A DNA stretch of 59,349 nt, filler included. It is 8 parts of 8 records of this genome, joined end to end, with 100 filler letters (N's around TTAATTAATTAA, not from the genome) between each part and the next. Parts side by side here need not be neighbours in the genome. Positions count along the whole stretch, not along the records: positions 7,710 to 19,961 come from SRR31156797_24211; positions 20,062 to 29,856 come from SRR31156797_24212; 6 more parts are not named here. One strand, 5' to 3'. Shown here one piece after another: positions 10,701-23,000 of this stretch. The position numbers were made by a program, and so were the translations under genes. The notes below the pieces were generated by a model. The model saw only the letters and a list, made by a program, of their open reading frames with translations, was not told the DNA's origin and made no database searches. Numbering within the stretch: position 1 is the first letter of the stretch; each line of letters begins with the position of its first letter.

Positions 10701-13700
10701 TGACAGATCAACCTGCCCCACGCCCGGTTCAATCATGCAGGACGCGGCATGGGTCGACGTCCAGGTCAATATCGCCGATTCGCCATGGACAATGCTTTCG
10801 GAATCAGCGCCGAAGGTTACCGTGGGTTCGGCGTCCGCCACCGCCATGGTGACGCTGTCCGTCAGGGTCGCTTCCCCTTGGGGCCCCGTGGCCGTCAAAG
10901 TGTATGTGGTGGTCTCGGACGGCGACACCCGGATCGAACCAACGCCGTCAACAGGGCCGATATCCGGCTCGATGACATAGGAATCGGCCCGGATTGAACT
11001 CCACCTGAGGGTTGTGGTTTCTCCCGGTGCGAGTTGCCGTGTGTCGGCCCATATGTCCACGTTCCGGATGGGGTATGCATAGGCCGAGCCGGAATCATTT
11101 CCTTGATCATCGTCGCCATAGGCGCCGGCAATGATGATCCCGCCGTTTATGGCAACCGAATACCCGAAATGCTCCCAAGACGATCCATCGGCGGCGGTCA
11201 GCTTCTCCTTTTGGACCCAGTCGCCTGCTTCCCGGCAGAACACATAGGCCGAGCCGGAACCGATCTCCTGACCATCGCCGAGACGTGCCCCAACCACCGC
11301 ACAGTTTCCGCTGATGGATACCTCACGCCCGAATTCGTCATTGGCGCCTGCGTCATCGGAAACGAGCTTGGTCTGCTCAATCCATTGGTTGCCCTGCCTT
11401 TGAAAAATGTACGCCGATCCGGAGGCATTTCCCGAATCATCATTTCCATAAGCGCCCACAACGGCATAATCGCCGCTGATGGATACGGAATACCCAAACC
11501 AGTCGTCGGCGGAGGCATCCGAGGCCGTCAATTTGGCCTGCTGAATCCATTGGTCCCCATCTCGCCTGAAGACGTAGGCTGAACCGGACATGCTCCCCCC
11601 GTCATCGTCGCGATGTGCTCCCACAATGGCATGGGCATCACTCACGGCCACGGAGAAGCCAAAATAATCGTCTTCGTATGCATCATCGGCAACGAGCTTG
11701 GCTTGCTCGGTCCATTCGTTGTCTTGTCTTACAAAAATGTACGCGGAGCCGGAAGCGCTTCCGGCGTCATCGTCGGCATAAGCGCCCACAACGGCATAAT
11801 CGCCGCCAATGGAAACGTCCCACCCGAATACGTCATAGGGAGCAGCGTCCGAAGCAGTCAACATGGTCTGCTCCATAAAGGAAGTCCCTTCTCTTCGAAA
11901 GATATATGCGGAACCGGCATACCAGCCGCGGTCTTTGTCTCCGTAGGCACCCACAATGACATAGTCCCCGCTGATGGATACGGCCTTTCCGAAATAGTCC
12001 GTTGATTCAGCATCTCCGGCCGTAAGCTTCTCCTGTTCCATAAGGAAAGGACCGTCTTTCTTAAACACATATGCTGACCCGGAAGATTCCCCCGAATCGT
12101 CATCATTTGGCACGCCCACAACGGCATAATCGCCGCTGACGGATACGGCCGTGCCGAATTCATCGCCCGATTCGCCATCCGCGGCAACCAGTTTGACTTC
12201 ATCCGAGAGGCTATGGGAAACCTTGACCGGGCCTTCACTGTAGACTGCCACGGGATCTCCCTTGCCGTCATCGATCACCGCATAAACATAATATTCGCCT
12301 TCAGGCAGATCCGATGTATCCCACGGGTAATCGTCATTGCCCGGACCGTCGGGATCTTCTTGAAGGTCTGATATAATCAGGACCCCGTCCTGTCCCTGAT
12401 TGTCCGTATCGTGATAAAGGGAGATCCGGGCATTGTCGTCATTATCGACATCATCCCATTGGATACTGAAGTCCCGATGGGCCATATCATGCAAAAGGCC
12501 GTCGGGCTCAATCAGGGTGATAACGGGACGAACACTGACCGTGACCTGGGACGTAACAACGTCGCCCGAATGACCGGCCGTAATGGTATAGGTGGTATCC
12601 ATCAAGGGGCGAAGCATATGGCTGCCGGTGAAATCAACCTCCCCCATATCAGGCTCGATCGTGCAGAACGCGGCATTCGAACAGGACCATGACAGGACGG
12701 TTTCATGGCCCACTGAAACGGTTTCCGGTTCCGCGGTCAGGGTGGCCGCAGGCGCCATGGACGGATCGACCACACTTACCGTAACGCTTTTTTCGATCAC
12801 CCCGTCCGGGCCGGTCGCAATGATGCTGTACGTGGTCGTCTCGGTGGGGGAGACGTCAATGGCGCCCCGCGGATCAACGATCCCGATCCCCTGGTCGATC
12901 TCGCAGGAATAGGCAAGAGAGGCATTCCACGACAGGGTCGCTGTTTCGCCGATTTCTATGATCCCGGGTTGTGCATCAAAGTCCACCCTGAAGAAACCAT
13001 AGATGTAGGCCGCGCCCGAATCGCTACCCGATTGGTCGTGACCCGGGGCCCCGATGAGGGCGCTACTGCCGCTCAAGGCGACCGACCCGCCGAAATAGTC
13101 CCCATCCATACCGTCGCTCGGGCTCAATTGCAACTGCTCGATCCATTGTTCGCCCTGGCGCCTGAAGAGATAGGCCTTGCCCGGTTCGGAGTTATGAGAA
13201 TAGTCCCTCGCGCCGACAACGGCGTGATCGCCGTCAATGCACACCGAACTCCCGAAGTCGTCCTTCAGGTTCAAGTCGCCCGTAATCACGGCTTGTTCCG
13301 TCCAGGTCGACCCTTCCCGATGAAAAACATGGGCGGAAGAAACGCCCGGGCATTCAAAGCAAACGTGCTTCCCTACGATGGCATGGTCTCCGCTAATGGT
13401 TACGCTTGTGCCGAATAAATCATCCAACCGGGCGTTGCTTGCAACAAGTTTGGCTTCCAGGCTCCAAAGAGTGCCGTTCCGCTTGAATATGTAAGCGGAA
13501 CCTTCACTCTCCCCCCCATTGCCATCCCGGGGCGCTCCCACGACGGCACGGTCCCCGCTGATGGATACCGAGGAACCGAAACCGCCATTCACATCGCCGT
13601 CGGTTGTGACCAGCCTGGCCTGCTGGGTCCAGGTTGCGCCCTCCCTTTTAAAGACATAAGCCGATTCCGAATAGGGGGCGCCAATGATGACATGGTCGCC

Positions 13701-16700
13701 ATCCATAGCCACGGATTCCGCGAAATTGTCGTATGCTTCCCCATCGCTCGCTACCAGCTTGGTTTGCTCGACCCAGGCGTCGCCCTCGCGCCTGAATATG
13801 TAGGCCGCGCCCGCGTTTTCGCCGGCCGCATCATGGTACGGGGCGCCCACGACGGCATAATCTCCGCTGATGGATACCGCGGAGCCGAAATAGTCGTACG
13901 CCACGCCATCGCTTGCCCGAACCTTGGCCCGGGTGATCCACGCATCGTCTGTTTTTTGCAAAATATAGGCCGCCCCTGATTCTTCGCCGCTGTCATCATC
14001 ACCGTAGGCGCCCACAATGGCATAGTCCCCCTGAACGGCGACCGAACACCCGTATCGGTCGCCCGACTGGCCATCGGAAGGCGTGACCTTGTTCTCATCC
14101 AGTATCCCGTGCTCAACGGTTACGGGTCCCGGCGCATTGTCCTGATATGGCGGGAAGACCCCGTCGTCTATGACCGCGTACACATAATATCTGCCCTCGG
14201 CAAGATTCGAGGTGTCCCACACATGGGAATCCCACGAGCCATCGGGATCTTCCTCCAATCCGGCCACGATCAGCGTTTCACCCAAATGGCCCTCTTCCCC
14301 CTCTTCACCTTCCTCTTCACCCGGTTCGGGGTAGTAGAAGAGGGAAATCTCGGCGTTGCTGTCCTGGTCCCGGTCGGTCCATTGGATAAGAAACACCTTG
14401 TCGGCCTTGTCGCCAACGCCATCGGGTTCAATTAGATCGATGCTGGGAGGGCGCAGCACGGTAATGGTAACGCTGCCAGTCGCCTCTCCGCCGGGACCCG
14501 AGGCCGTGATCGTGTAGGTCGTGGTTTCGCCGGGCGAAACGGCAATGCTCTGTCCCAGTTGCACCTCTCCAACGCCCTGATCGATGGTGCAGGTCTCCGC
14601 ATTGCTGAATACCCAGGTGAGAACCGAGCTTTCACCCTGGAGGATGGTTTCCGGGTTGGCGAAAATCTCAGCCGCGGGCGGGACGTAGGTGACATCCACA
14701 TACTTGCGTATTGTCCCGCCCGGGCCGTTGACGGTTAATGTGTATTCGGTGTTTTGATTCGGGCTGACGGAAACAGTCCCTTCACAGGACACCGAACCGA
14801 TATCCGGGCTTATGCTGCATGACGCGGCATGCTCGGTGGACCATGAGAGTGTGGCGCTCTCTCCGATCTTGAGAAGTGCGGGGCTTGGGCTTGCTCTGAA
14901 GGTGGCGGTGGGTTCGAAGTGTCCGACGGTAACCGAACGACTGTCCGAGCCGGCTTCGTTGATAGCGGTCAGCGTGTAGGTTTTTGGCAACTCATCCGGC
15001 GTCACATCCCTTCCACCGATTGCCTCCACATCTCCGATACCGTGATCGATGGTCACCCCATCCGCACATGACGTGTTCCAGACCAACCGGGTGCTTTCTC
15101 CGGGTGCAAGATAGCGGTACGTTGCCTCGAAAGTGTGGACCTCGGGAAATTCCGGTATGATCGCCTCGTCAGAGGCGGTACCATAGGGCCCTTGGCAAGA
15201 CAATGCATATGTGGTTGGGGCATCGGGCACGACGAGCATCGAGCCTGACAGCGGCACTTCGCCGATGCCGTGGCTGATTTGGCAGGATTCAACTCCGCTC
15301 GCCAACCAGGTTAGCGTCACCTGGTCTCCGGGGGACCAGTCGCAGGCCGGGGCAGCCGAAAGCTCGGCGTCGGGTATTGGAGGTGCCGACGAACAGACAG
15401 CCACCCAAACCCAATCCGAACCGGTGCCGGCGCCGTTGGTGCAGGTAAGCGTGTATCCCAATGGCGCCGTTGGTTGTATGTTTAAAGATCCTGCAAGAGG
15501 TACGGTGCCGATTCCTTGATCGATTTCACAAGAAACGGCGCAGCTGGTTCCCCAACTCAGGGTCATGTCGCTGCCGTCGTCCGATATGCAACCTTCGACA
15601 AAAAGGCCTGTGTTAGGCTTTTGAGGCACACGTTTGTCCGTTTCACCAGCCCCGTTCGAGGCGGTGAGCCTATAGGCGGTGGGTTGATCCGGGGAGTCGA
15701 TGGTCAGGCTGCCGCCGGGCTCCACCTGGCCGATGCCGTTGTCGATCGCAACGGTTTCCGCCAGGGTGGTTGACCATGTCAGGGTGATGGTTCCTCCCGG
15801 ATTGTAGCCGGAGCAAGGGTCTACTGTGAATTCAACCGAAGGTTTATAGCTGACATGGATCCTGTAATCCTGTTCATCCTCGCCGCAACGCCCGTCAAGC
15901 ACCTTGAGGGCCACATCATAATAGCCGGCCTGTCCACCCGTGGGCGTCCACTCAATTTCCCCGGTTGACATGTCCATGGTCATGCCGTCCGGACCATCCA
16001 CCAAGACGTAGGTAAGCGTATCCAGGTCGGGATCATCGGCCGTCACCTGGTACACATAGGACGCGCCCCATGCGGCGGTTTTTTTCGGACTCGATGTGAT
16101 GACCGGAAAGTCGATCCGGCCCGGGTGTTCCTGAAATGCCATTCCGTTGATCGGGGTCACATGGCCGGTGGTCCCGTTCAGGTTGAACACATGCCAGACG
16201 TTTCCTTTCCCAGCCGGTGGGTGGAATGTCCGGGGCGATTCACCGGAACCGAAATAAACGGTCACCACCGCTTCCGACCCTGACAGGGCGTGGCTTGACG
16301 TTGACAGCCGGTTGGTAAAATCGTGCACGTAAAAGCGATACGTGCCTTCAAAAAGCGCGTCGATGGTGATGGTTTCCGGGCCATGGGATTCCCGATCGTC
16401 CCGGTCCAGCACAGCGCCGGGGATTTCCCTGTTCCAGTAAAAACAGTGGTGGCGGCATCCGTCCGGATTGGGTCCGGTCAGGTGGGCCTCAAGGTCCTCG
16501 GGGGTCTCGCCCCAGGTAAGCACGATCCGTATCTGATCCGGCCCCAGCGCGGGGGACAGGGCAATGTCCTGGTGGATCAGGGTGTCGCCCTGGGCCATGT
16601 AGAATCGGCGCTCCCCGTCAAGATACCCCTCAACACCGGCCCCAAGGATATATGCGCCCGGTTCGAGCCCGGCAAACACGAACCAGCCGTATTGTCCCGT

Positions 16701-19298
16701 AACTTCCTGATCGATCACTTCACCGGGCAGTCCGTCCTCGTTTACATAAAGCGTGACAGTCACCTCGGAAAGCAGGACCCCGGTCATCGCATCCACCACG
16801 CTGCCCGAAACGCCGTTCGGTCCCGGGTCCGGCGGTGACACGCACACCTTTGCCTGCGCGTATGCCGTATTATTGGCCCTGTCGCTTTCGGCCAACACGC
16901 CCGCCCCTGTCCCATCGTCGTCCACGCGTGCGTACAGGGTTTTTACGCCCGCGGGCGGGTCGGTCCATTTAAGGGTCACGTCTTCATATTGTCCGGGAGG
17001 AAGTTCTCCGCTTGTGGCAACCGTACCGATCAGGACGCCACCGTCTTCCGGGTCCCCGTCGTAAAAGGCGACGTTTATCCCTTGAGAAAGCGTCGTGTCC
17101 CCGGCATTGCCGACGCGCACCGAAAGCATTGCCGAGGCCGGACACCCGTCATCGGAAAGGGAGAGGCGGGATGCGCTCGCATCGTCCCCGGATGTGCGGG
17201 CCGAGGCCACGTTATTGTCTTCATCCGCCTCTTCCACCTCGTTGTCGCCGTCGATCATGACGAACAGGGGGCTGTCTTTGAAAAGCAGTTCGCCGATAAA
17301 CTCGATCGATACGACGGTGGCCTCCAAGGTTCCAAGACTTTGGGTGACGGCCTTGTCTCCCAGGACATTGTCTTCGGTCTCTTCATATGCCCCGCTGGCA
17401 TTTTGGTCTTCAAAAAGAACACATCGAAAGGGAAGCTCAACCTTGGTCTGCCCGTTGTTGGCAATCACCACCGTGGCCGTGCCCGAAACCTGCAACGAGC
17501 CGTCGCCGCCCGCGGCAACATCAATGCTCAGTTGCCGGGGTTCGAGGTCCATATCGGTTATACGCATTACGGAAACGGCTGCCGCGGCCGTATCCCCGCC
17601 ATGCTCGGCCAGCACGCTGATGGTGTTGGCGCCGGGATCGAGAGGCACATCTTCCGCCGTAAAATCGTTTTCCCGCACCAAGGCCGTGACGCCGTTGACA
17701 ATCACCGAGGCCCCGGTTCGATTCACCGTGCCCGTGACGGTGATGGTGTCGGTTGTAAAGGTCTCGCCGTCAGTGGGCGAGGCAATGGCGACTTCCAGTG
17801 AAAGGGAGCCGAGGGAAACGGTCATGTCAATTGCCGTGCCTTCCGGAACGGAAGCCCCGGCTTCCGGATTCTGGCTGATAACATGGCCCTCGGGCGCGTC
17901 ATCGCTATATTCGGTGGTGACGGCGCCCGTTGCAAGCCCGGTATCGGCCAGTTCTGTTTCCGCATCTTCCCGGGATCTGCCTGTGAGGTCAGGCACGGAG
18001 ACCATGCGCGGCCGGGCCGTGATGACGACGGTGTCCGTGCCGCTGTCAATGGATCCGTCGTTGACGGTCAGGGACAGTTCGAATGTTCCGGCTGCATCCG
18101 CAATAAAAGTGGGCTGAACCGCTGTTGGGTCGGAAAGTGCAGCCGAACTTCCCACGGGCATGGACGGAAATGACCACTGATAGGTCAAAGCGTCGTCTTC
18201 AGCATCAATGCTGCCGCTGCCGTCCAGCGCGACCGTGTCCCCCTTGAACACGGTTTGATCCGGGCCCGCATGGGCAACGGGAGGGTCGTTGATGGGGTTG
18301 ACAATGATGGTCACGGTTGCCGGGTCAGAGTCTTCAAACCCGTCGTTCACCTTGAAGGTGAATGCATCCGCGCCGTTGGCATTCGCGTCGGGCGTGTAGG
18401 TCAGGTCGGGAGGCGTGCCGCTCAGATCGCCGTGCTCCGGTGATGACAACACCTCAAAGGTCAGAGAGTCGCCATCCGCATCCGATCCGGTCAGGGTGAT
18501 CTGAACGGGCGTGTCTTCATCCGTGGTTACGGTCGTCGGTTCCGAGACGGGGGTCGTTCCCGGATATGGGGTAAACGGATTATGACTCTGTTGCATTATT
18601 CCGTCCCAGGTTTTTGCAATAATCGTCCCATTGATAACCCCCATTGGATTATTCACATCGGCAAACGGCGCCAGGATGCTCCCCTCAACCCCAATGCCGG
18701 CCAACTTCAATTCATCCGCCTCGAAGAAATTGAATAAAACATGGTCGGAAATCGATTGGAGTTGCGCCAGACTCATGTTGGTAAGGCCCGCATTCGTGCC
18801 GCTGATGTTGAACAATACCGTAGCGTCTTCGGGAATGGAACTCATATCCAGGTTAAAGGTATGCGCATTCAGCAATTCCTCCCCATCAAGATTAAATACC
18901 TGGAGATTGCTTTCGCCATCGCCGGACAAGTTCATTCCGCCCCATTTCATGGCGCTTTCCCCGGTTGCTTCCAGTTTTGCAATCTCTATTGAAAGGTTGG
19001 TGAGATACGCTTCTTCTTCCTCGAAATTCACAAATACGCCAACATCGCCTACAATCAGCTCCGCATTGTCATGTTCCAAACCGTACAGAACGGACTGGTC
19101 TACATTGTCCGCGCTGCCACCGACCGCAATGTCCCCGTAAGCCCGGCCGCTGCTAAAGGTCAGGTCTCCTCTCACCACAAGAACGGGATTATCGGAGGAC
19201 GGCAATTGATCGCCCACGCTGTAGTTTGCGAGCGTTGCATCGCCGCCCACTGCCAGACGTCCTTGCGTATCCGACTGAAAGCGCCGTGAAGTCGTCAA
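7710..19298 (-). CDS. Giant secreted multidomain teneurin-like (predicted YD/RHS) protein, 3'-truncated
   Basis: Domain order: choice-of-anchor A, tandem-95/Big, PKD-like, PASTA, Ig, 2x CARDB, carboxypeptidase-regulatory-like, YfaP/DUF2135-like, cadherin-like, ~13 short Ig repeats interspersed with 2 FG-GAP propellers and a CAP/SCP domain, then teneurin-like TTR (~8742-9000) and FN-plug-like (~7710-8050) segments. The frame is open to the contig end. Confidence 0.8.
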
Positions 19299-19413
19299 AA
19301 ATAAACGTGTTATAGTTTCCGGCCACGGAGAGATCGATGGGCATGGCGGCGGATGGCGCCGGAAGGAACGAAATACAGACAGCCGTAATAGCTATTAAGA
19401 GCAACGATTTCAT
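19189..19413 (-). CDS. True N-terminus (signal peptide plus start of choice-of-anchor A domain) of the giant gene, out of frame by +1 at ~19275
   Basis: GGAGG RBS. MKSLLLIAITAVCISFLPAPSAA signal peptide, then NYNTFIFDDFTA, which continues naturally into SDTQGRLAVGG of the long frame. Confidence 0.8.
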   Translation of the reverse strand: MKSLLLIAITAVCISFLPAPSAAMPIDLSVAGNYNTFIFDDFTALSVGYARTSGSGRRCNARKLQRGRSIAVLR

Positions 19414-19535
19414 ATGAATGGCTCCTCCAAATTATTTTGGTAATAGGGCACTACCTCTTTCATGATTGAATCTAAGAATCGCATTACCGGGTGATAAGAC
19501 ATTGCTTTTTGTTGCGAATGCCAGGAATTCTTTTT

Positions 19536-19552
19536 TTCACTATTCGTGCCAG
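19536..19552 (-). promoter_or_regulatory. Putative sigma54 (-24/-12) promoter of the giant gene
   Basis: CTGGCACGAATAGTGAA on the minus strand: perfect -24 box TGGCACG and an imperfect -12 box (GTGA vs TTGC) at the correct spacing. Confidence 0.5.
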
Positions 19553-19722
19553 AAACGGAGATCTACAGGACAAATGATTTTAATGAGAGAAGTGCCAATG
19601 GAGATAGTAGATCCAAAGCCCTTTGTTAAAAGGCTTTTTGCTCAAGAAATGCGTGAATGGAAATGTCCGCTTCAGGGATGACAGACGGGTCTAGGCCTTT
19701 TCTCTGGAGAAAAGATCCGTAA

Positions 19723-19768
19723 AAAATGCACAAGAAAATGTGCACGCGCCCTTTTTTTTGTGCATTTT
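19723..19768. promoter_or_regulatory. Inverted repeat AAAATGCACAA...TTGTGCATTTT, candidate enhancer-binding-protein site
   Basis: Perfect 11-bp inverted repeat ~170-215 bp upstream of the sigma54-like box. Confidence 0.35.
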
Positions 19769-19961
19769 CCACAGGAGGGGGACATTCTTATGGAAAAAAT
19801 GGAAATGGGTCAATGATTGTGTGCCTTGTTAATTGAAAAGCATAGGAATTTCCATTTATTGTTCAGGCATATCAAATAGTTGTTGAAGTAATGTTGCTAA
19901 ATATGTCAAAAAAAGACATATTATGGATATGTAGTTTCGCTAATCTAAAACTGACCCCCTA

Positions 19962-20061
19962 NNNNNNNNNNNNNNNNNNNNNNNNNNNNNNNNNNNNNNN
20001 NNNNNTTAATTAATTAANNNNNNNNNNNNNNNNNNNNNNNNNNNNNNNNNNNNNNNNNNNN
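19962..20061. other. Artificial contig linker
   Basis: N44-TTAATTAATTAA-N44. Confidence 0.98.
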
Positions 20062-23000
20062 TCAAACAAATTATCGTCGATAATTGTAACCGGAATAATA
20101 GCTGAAGTATCTCCTGTGGAAATAGTTACGGTATCAGTTAAAGCCACAAAGTCGCTACCTGAAGTAGCCGTACCGCTTACTGTATAACGAATAACAGTTT
20201 CTGAAGCAGTGGCGAATGGCATTGATACACTGAACGAACCATTCGTACCCGGTTCTGCCCCATCCGATGTAGCAACAATACTTAAATTCGTTACATCCTT
20301 ATCTGTTATGACACCGAGACCGCTATTGTCGTTAAATGTAATATCACGCCCACCAAAATCTCCTTCTGAAAGATCTACTGTAAATGTTTCGGTTGGCTCA
20401 ACAATTAAATCACCATTTACCGTAACACTAATGGCATGAGATTCTCCAGAAGTTCCGCTAAAAGTTAAGGTATCAAGTACCGCAACATAATCATCTCCTG
20501 CTGTAGCCAATAAATCATTAGTTGTATAAGCCACGGTAAATGGCCCATCTGTATTTTGACCAGTGTGAGTTACCGTAAATACATAAACATCTGTATAACC
20601 ATTGTCTGGTTCTGTTTCGGTAACATCATCAATTGCCAAATAGGCCTCATCGTTAATATCGGTAATATTACCCAAAGCCTGTGCTGAAATCGTAGGTTGA
20701 GAACTATTAAATAGAATATTTTGGTTTAGACTATCGCTTAAGTTATCAATTATACCATACAATATCTCCGTAGGTTCAACCAGCAAATCATTGATTATAT
20801 CAACGGTAACGGTTTGAACCAGTGTACTATCTCCTCCAAAATTTAAAACGGTAGTTGGAATTGCATCATAATCATTTACTGCAATGGCGGTGCTATCTGA
20901 AGTAACAAAATCGATTGTAAATCCAGCTTGCACTGAATCACTCATACTTATTGTAAATGTACCTGTGCCATCACTCTCATCAACCGTAAAACCTGCTATT
21001 GATAATATTGCCTGGTCATCATTTTCAATGGTACCAACACCGGTGGTTTCCGATAAAATAATGTTCCTTCCATCGATAACAAGATTATCCAGTTCAATGG
21101 TAAATATTTCATCCAATTCAACCTTTGTATCTCCATTTACAACAACATCTATATACTCAACAGTATCGCCAGGAGTAAAGGTTAGAGAACCTATTTGATA
21201 AACATAATCTCCATCGGCACTTGTTGCAGTACTGTCAATTGTTTCAAAATCAATAGAAGCATTTACATCCGCGTCGGTAGAAAGTGTAACCGCAAAACGG
21301 AAAGTCGTACCATTATCTGTTTCAATTTCTGACACATCGGTAACTGCAACAGCAGCCTGATCATCGTTGGTAATTGTTCCAAGTCCTGAATCATCATCAA
21401 AAGAAACTGATCTGCCATAACTGCTTATCACACTTAAATCAACCGTGAAAATCTCATCTAATTCCACAGTTTCATCACCGGAAACCAGAACGGTAATTGT
21501 ATCAGCAAGTACGCCAGGAGCAAAAGTTATTGTTCCAGTACTTAATGCATAATCACTATCACTAACTAAAGCTGAACTATCGCTTGTTGTATAATTAAAA
21601 CTTACAACAGTATCCGATGGATAATCCATTGAGACAGTAAATCTATACTCATTATTGCCTGAGTCTGTTTCATCTTCCGTTACATCATCAATTGAAATCA
21701 ATGCTGCATCATCGTTGGAAATTGTACCAATCCCAATGTTTTTTGAGAATACCACATTGCGACCAGTACTTTGAATATTACTTAACACAACTTTTAGGTA
21801 CTCATCAAGTTCAACCTTTTCATCACCATTTACAGTGATAGAAACTGTCTCGGTATCTCCAGAAGTTCCATTAAATGTAAGTATGCCTGAATTGGTAACA
21901 TAATCATTTTCGGTATCTGCAATAGACGTGCTATCCGCAGTTGCAAAATCGACAGTAAAACCAACATCCGTGCTTAATCCGGTATGTGTTACCGTAAACT
22001 CTAGTGTTGAAGTTCCAGCATCACCTTCTGTTAAAGTAGGATCATCGATTGTTAACAGCGCTTGATCATCGTTTGTTATTGTCGCCGTTCCTGTTTTTGT
22101 ACCATCCGGTAAGCTAATGTTTCGACCATTATTCTCGAGGTTACTAAGTACAACGGTAAAAGATTCATCCAATTCTACCTTTTCATCGCCTGCAACCGAA
22201 ATGGTAATTGTTTTTTCGGTTTCGCCAGGTGCAAATGAAAGTGTTGTTGTGCCTATTCCGGTATAATCGCCATCTGCTATTGTTGCTGTTCCGTCTACAG
22301 TGGCATAGTCAACCTCAACAATGGCATCCGATATTTCGGAAAGCGTAACGGTAAATACATAATCCGTAGTTCCGGTATTTCCCTCATTGTGTTCAACTAC
22401 CTGTGTTATACTTACCGTTGCAGAATCATCATTTAGAATAGTTCCAAGTCCAATTGTATTTCCGATGGTTACATTAGGATCACTAACTCCATCAACCAAT
22501 ATATCAGACAGTACCACATTAAATGTTTCATCTAATTCAATTTTTTCATCGCCATTTACCTGAACACTTATAGTTTGGCTAGGATTTGAATTTAATTCCA
22601 GATTATAAGGTAGTGATAAAGTATTTGAGCTCAGTATTTCATAATCGTTATCGGCATCTGTTGCAGTTACATCAGCTGTTTCATAATCTACCGTTACTCC
22701 TAATTCTACCGGATTATTCAAAGAAACAGTAAACGTAAACAGTTGCGAATTTTCGTTTTGCTCGACTAGTTGTACCGAATCGATGGACAATACCGAACTA
22801 TCATCATTTAATATAGTTCCTACACCTGTTCCATCATCAACACTTACATCTCCAACAGAAGTAACTGAGTTGACTAGATTAATGTTGAATGTCTCATCTG
22901 GTTCAACTGTTTTATCATGGTAAACCCAAATCGTAATGGTATCTTTTTCTCCCACACTTCCATCGAAAGTTAGGCTACCACCACCTCCTTTATAATCATT

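Noticed and set aside
11070-14100. Recurring DNA motifs (e.g. ACGGCATAATCGCCGCTGA) as a CRISPR array
   Set aside because: They are degenerate, in-frame FG-GAP coding repeats about 165 bp apart.
7753-19289. Many plus-strand ORFs, up to 340 aa, opposite the giant gene
   Set aside because: Antisense shadow ORFs of GC-rich coding DNA, with no motifs.
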